64,000 nucleotides of DNA, taken from assembly GCF_036365525.1 (NCBI RefSeq), contig NC_090383.1, forward strand, positions 5,588,453 through 5,652,452, written 5' to 3'. This document shows, piece by piece, positions 62,075-64,000 of the stretch (the first letter of the stretch is position 1; each line of letters starts with the position of its first letter). A program made the translations under genes and the position numbers. Below the pieces are notes generated by a model, which saw only the letters and a program-made list of their open reading frames with translations, was not told the DNA's origin and did not search any database. This DNA comes from Heterodontus francisci. Taxonomy: Eukaryota.

Positions 62075-63311
62075 GATAAGAATACAAAATTATTCTGCTT
62101 CATAAAAAAGGAGACAGAGCAGACATTAAGAATTACTGATCCATCAGTCTATTGTCTCATTTGTACAAAATTCTAACTGGAATTACTCAAAATAGGAGAA
62201 AGACAACATTAGACGAACAACAACCAAGAGAACAGGTGGGGTTTAGGGAAGGATACTCTACAACAGACCATTTGCAGACAATGAACTAACTCATTGAGAA
62301 GGCAAATGAATATGAGAAGGCATTCAATTCAGTGGAACACAGATTTATTGATAGCTTTAAGGAAAACAGGAATAAATGAGAGATATGTGAAGATCGTAGA
62401 AGAACACAGATGCAACAACCAGAATACACATCGACAAAGATGTAACACAGACAAGGGATACATCTCACCATAAATATTCACATTAATGGAAAACATATTC
62501 AAGAAGAAACCCTTAGACAAGAGCAGATTAAATATTGATGGAGAAAAACCAACAGACTTAATGCTTTGCAGATGATGCACTAATTACTTCTTCTGTTAAA
62601 GACTTGGAAGTACACCTTAAAGACAGTAAAAATATTGGACTGAAAATGCACAAAGGCAAAACAAAGCATATGACGAACTTTAAGACAGAAGACACCATAT
62701 GCATTGAAGACAAAGAAATTGAGTAAGTGACTGAATACAAATGTCTGGGCCAAACATTAAGGAAGCAGGATTGTACAAATGAAGAGGTACTGGGTAGGAT
62801 TAGGGCAGGATGGAGTTGTTTCGGGAGATAGACTCATTACGTGTGATAAGAAAATACTACTGGCATTAAGGAGGAGAGTGTATGATCAGTGTGTGCTACC
62901 GACTATGACACATGGGGCGGAATCATGGACAACTACAAAATATACAGAACAAAAACTGTGTACAACTCAGAGAGCAATGGAAAGGCAAATGTTACACATC
63001 TGTATTCGTGATAAAATCAGGTATAGTGAAATACGCCAGAAAACCGGAGTTAAGGACATCATTCAGAAGATAAAAGATGCCAAATGGAGATGGGCTGGGT
63101 ATGTTGATGGAAGAAATGATAACAGGTGGGTAAAAAGGCCAAAGGAGTGGCAGCCATGAACAGGAGATGAAAATGATGATGGAGAGATGACATAATATCA
63201 TACCTAGGAACCACATGGGCAAGAACAGCAAGGGATAGAGATAAATGGAAAAGGCATGAGGAGGGTTACATCCTACAGTAGATGAACGCAGCCTAAATAA
63301 TAATGATGATG
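62075..63311 (+). mobile_element. Decayed RTE-clade LINE (RTE-1-like), RT through 3' end
   Basis: ILLHKKGDRADIKNY*SISLL, QPREQVGFREGYSTTDHL, FADD, VYDQCVLPTMTHGAESW, KWRWAGYV. (TAA/TGA)n tail. Confidence 0.85.
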
Positions 63312-63849
63312 AAAAATACTGTTCTTTTGTAGAAGTAAACTTAAAAATGCCTATGGGAAGTGTGATTCTTACAGTTCTTTTCTGGCCCAGAAAGATTTCC
63401 TTCCCATCCACCTCTTCCTTTCCTGCAGCATTAACCCTACTCTGCATCTACTTGTCCTAAAAGTTAGTGAAATTTATATTTAAAATTTGTCAAATGTATA
63501 ACTTGGGTTGCTGTAAAACCACATGAATGTGCAGAAACCTTTGAAGTACAGAAATCACTTTTAGTGGTAAGTATAATCAATTATAAGTGGCAGAACAGTG
63601 CCCTTCAATAAGTAGCACATGAGAACATTCAATACCTACCTTGAGGAAAGTTTTGCTGTTTATTATAATCATTAAACATGAATTATTTTTAAACCTGTAA
63701 AGATTCTTTTCAATTGAGCTTTATCAGTCCATTATATTTTGCAATCAGGAGTTTCTTTCTGTTGAAACATTTAAATGGTCACACCAATTTGAACAGAACC
63801 ATGAAAAGGAATTTAATTACACATGTTACACCAAAACTTGAAATTGGCT

Positions 63850-64000
63850 TATACACACCACTGAGTCAGTGGCGCTTGAGATTGCTTGGCCATGTGAGCC
63901 GCATGGAAGATGGCAGGATCCCCTAGGACACATTGTACAGCGAGCTCGCCACTGGTATCAGACCTACCGGCCGTCCATGTCTCCGCTTTAAAGACGTCTG
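63850..64000 (+). mobile_element. RTE/BovB-like LINE fragment (continues beyond window)
   Basis: LSQWRLRLLGHVSRMEDGRIP*DTLYSELATGIRPTGRPCLRFKDV. Confidence 0.75.

Overview
Vertebrate nuclear DNA, most likely from a cartilaginous fish (shark/ray). This is inferred from the HE1/V-SINE, Deu-SINE, CR1, L2 and Penelope repeat inventory. Three protein-coding genes can be built exon by exon with canonical GT-AG sites and consistent phases. (1) The 3' part of PLEK (pleckstrin, + strand): 7 coding exons at 724-14585, with the first two exons upstream of the window. (2) A complete FBXO48 (- strand): 154 aa from coding exons 50687-50989 and 45443-45604. (3) The first three exons of APLF (+ strand, FHA domain): 52015-61609, continuing past the window. 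FBXO48 and APLF are head-to-head on a CpG-rich promoter with a ZNF143/THAP11-type and NRF1-type motifs, in the same PLEK-FBXO48-APLF order as in human. The rest is dominated by transposons: a young 5'-truncated CR1 LINE with an intact 948-codon APE+RT ORF2, a decayed PIF/Harbinger element with TIRs and an AAT TSD, solo LTRs with 4-bp TSDs, Penelope-like remnants carrying minimal hammerhead-ribozyme motifs (one complete, sense-oriented, in the last PLEK intron), RTE remnants, several SINE families and a 5S rRNA pseudogene. No prokaryotic system or CRISPR array is present, and I found no clear wholly new system. The best leads are RNA-level: the intronic hammerhead, an inverted repeat bracketing PLEK exon 4, a start-stop uORF in APLF and an orphan minus-strand 3' end. 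Family names and human comparisons come from recall, not from database searches.
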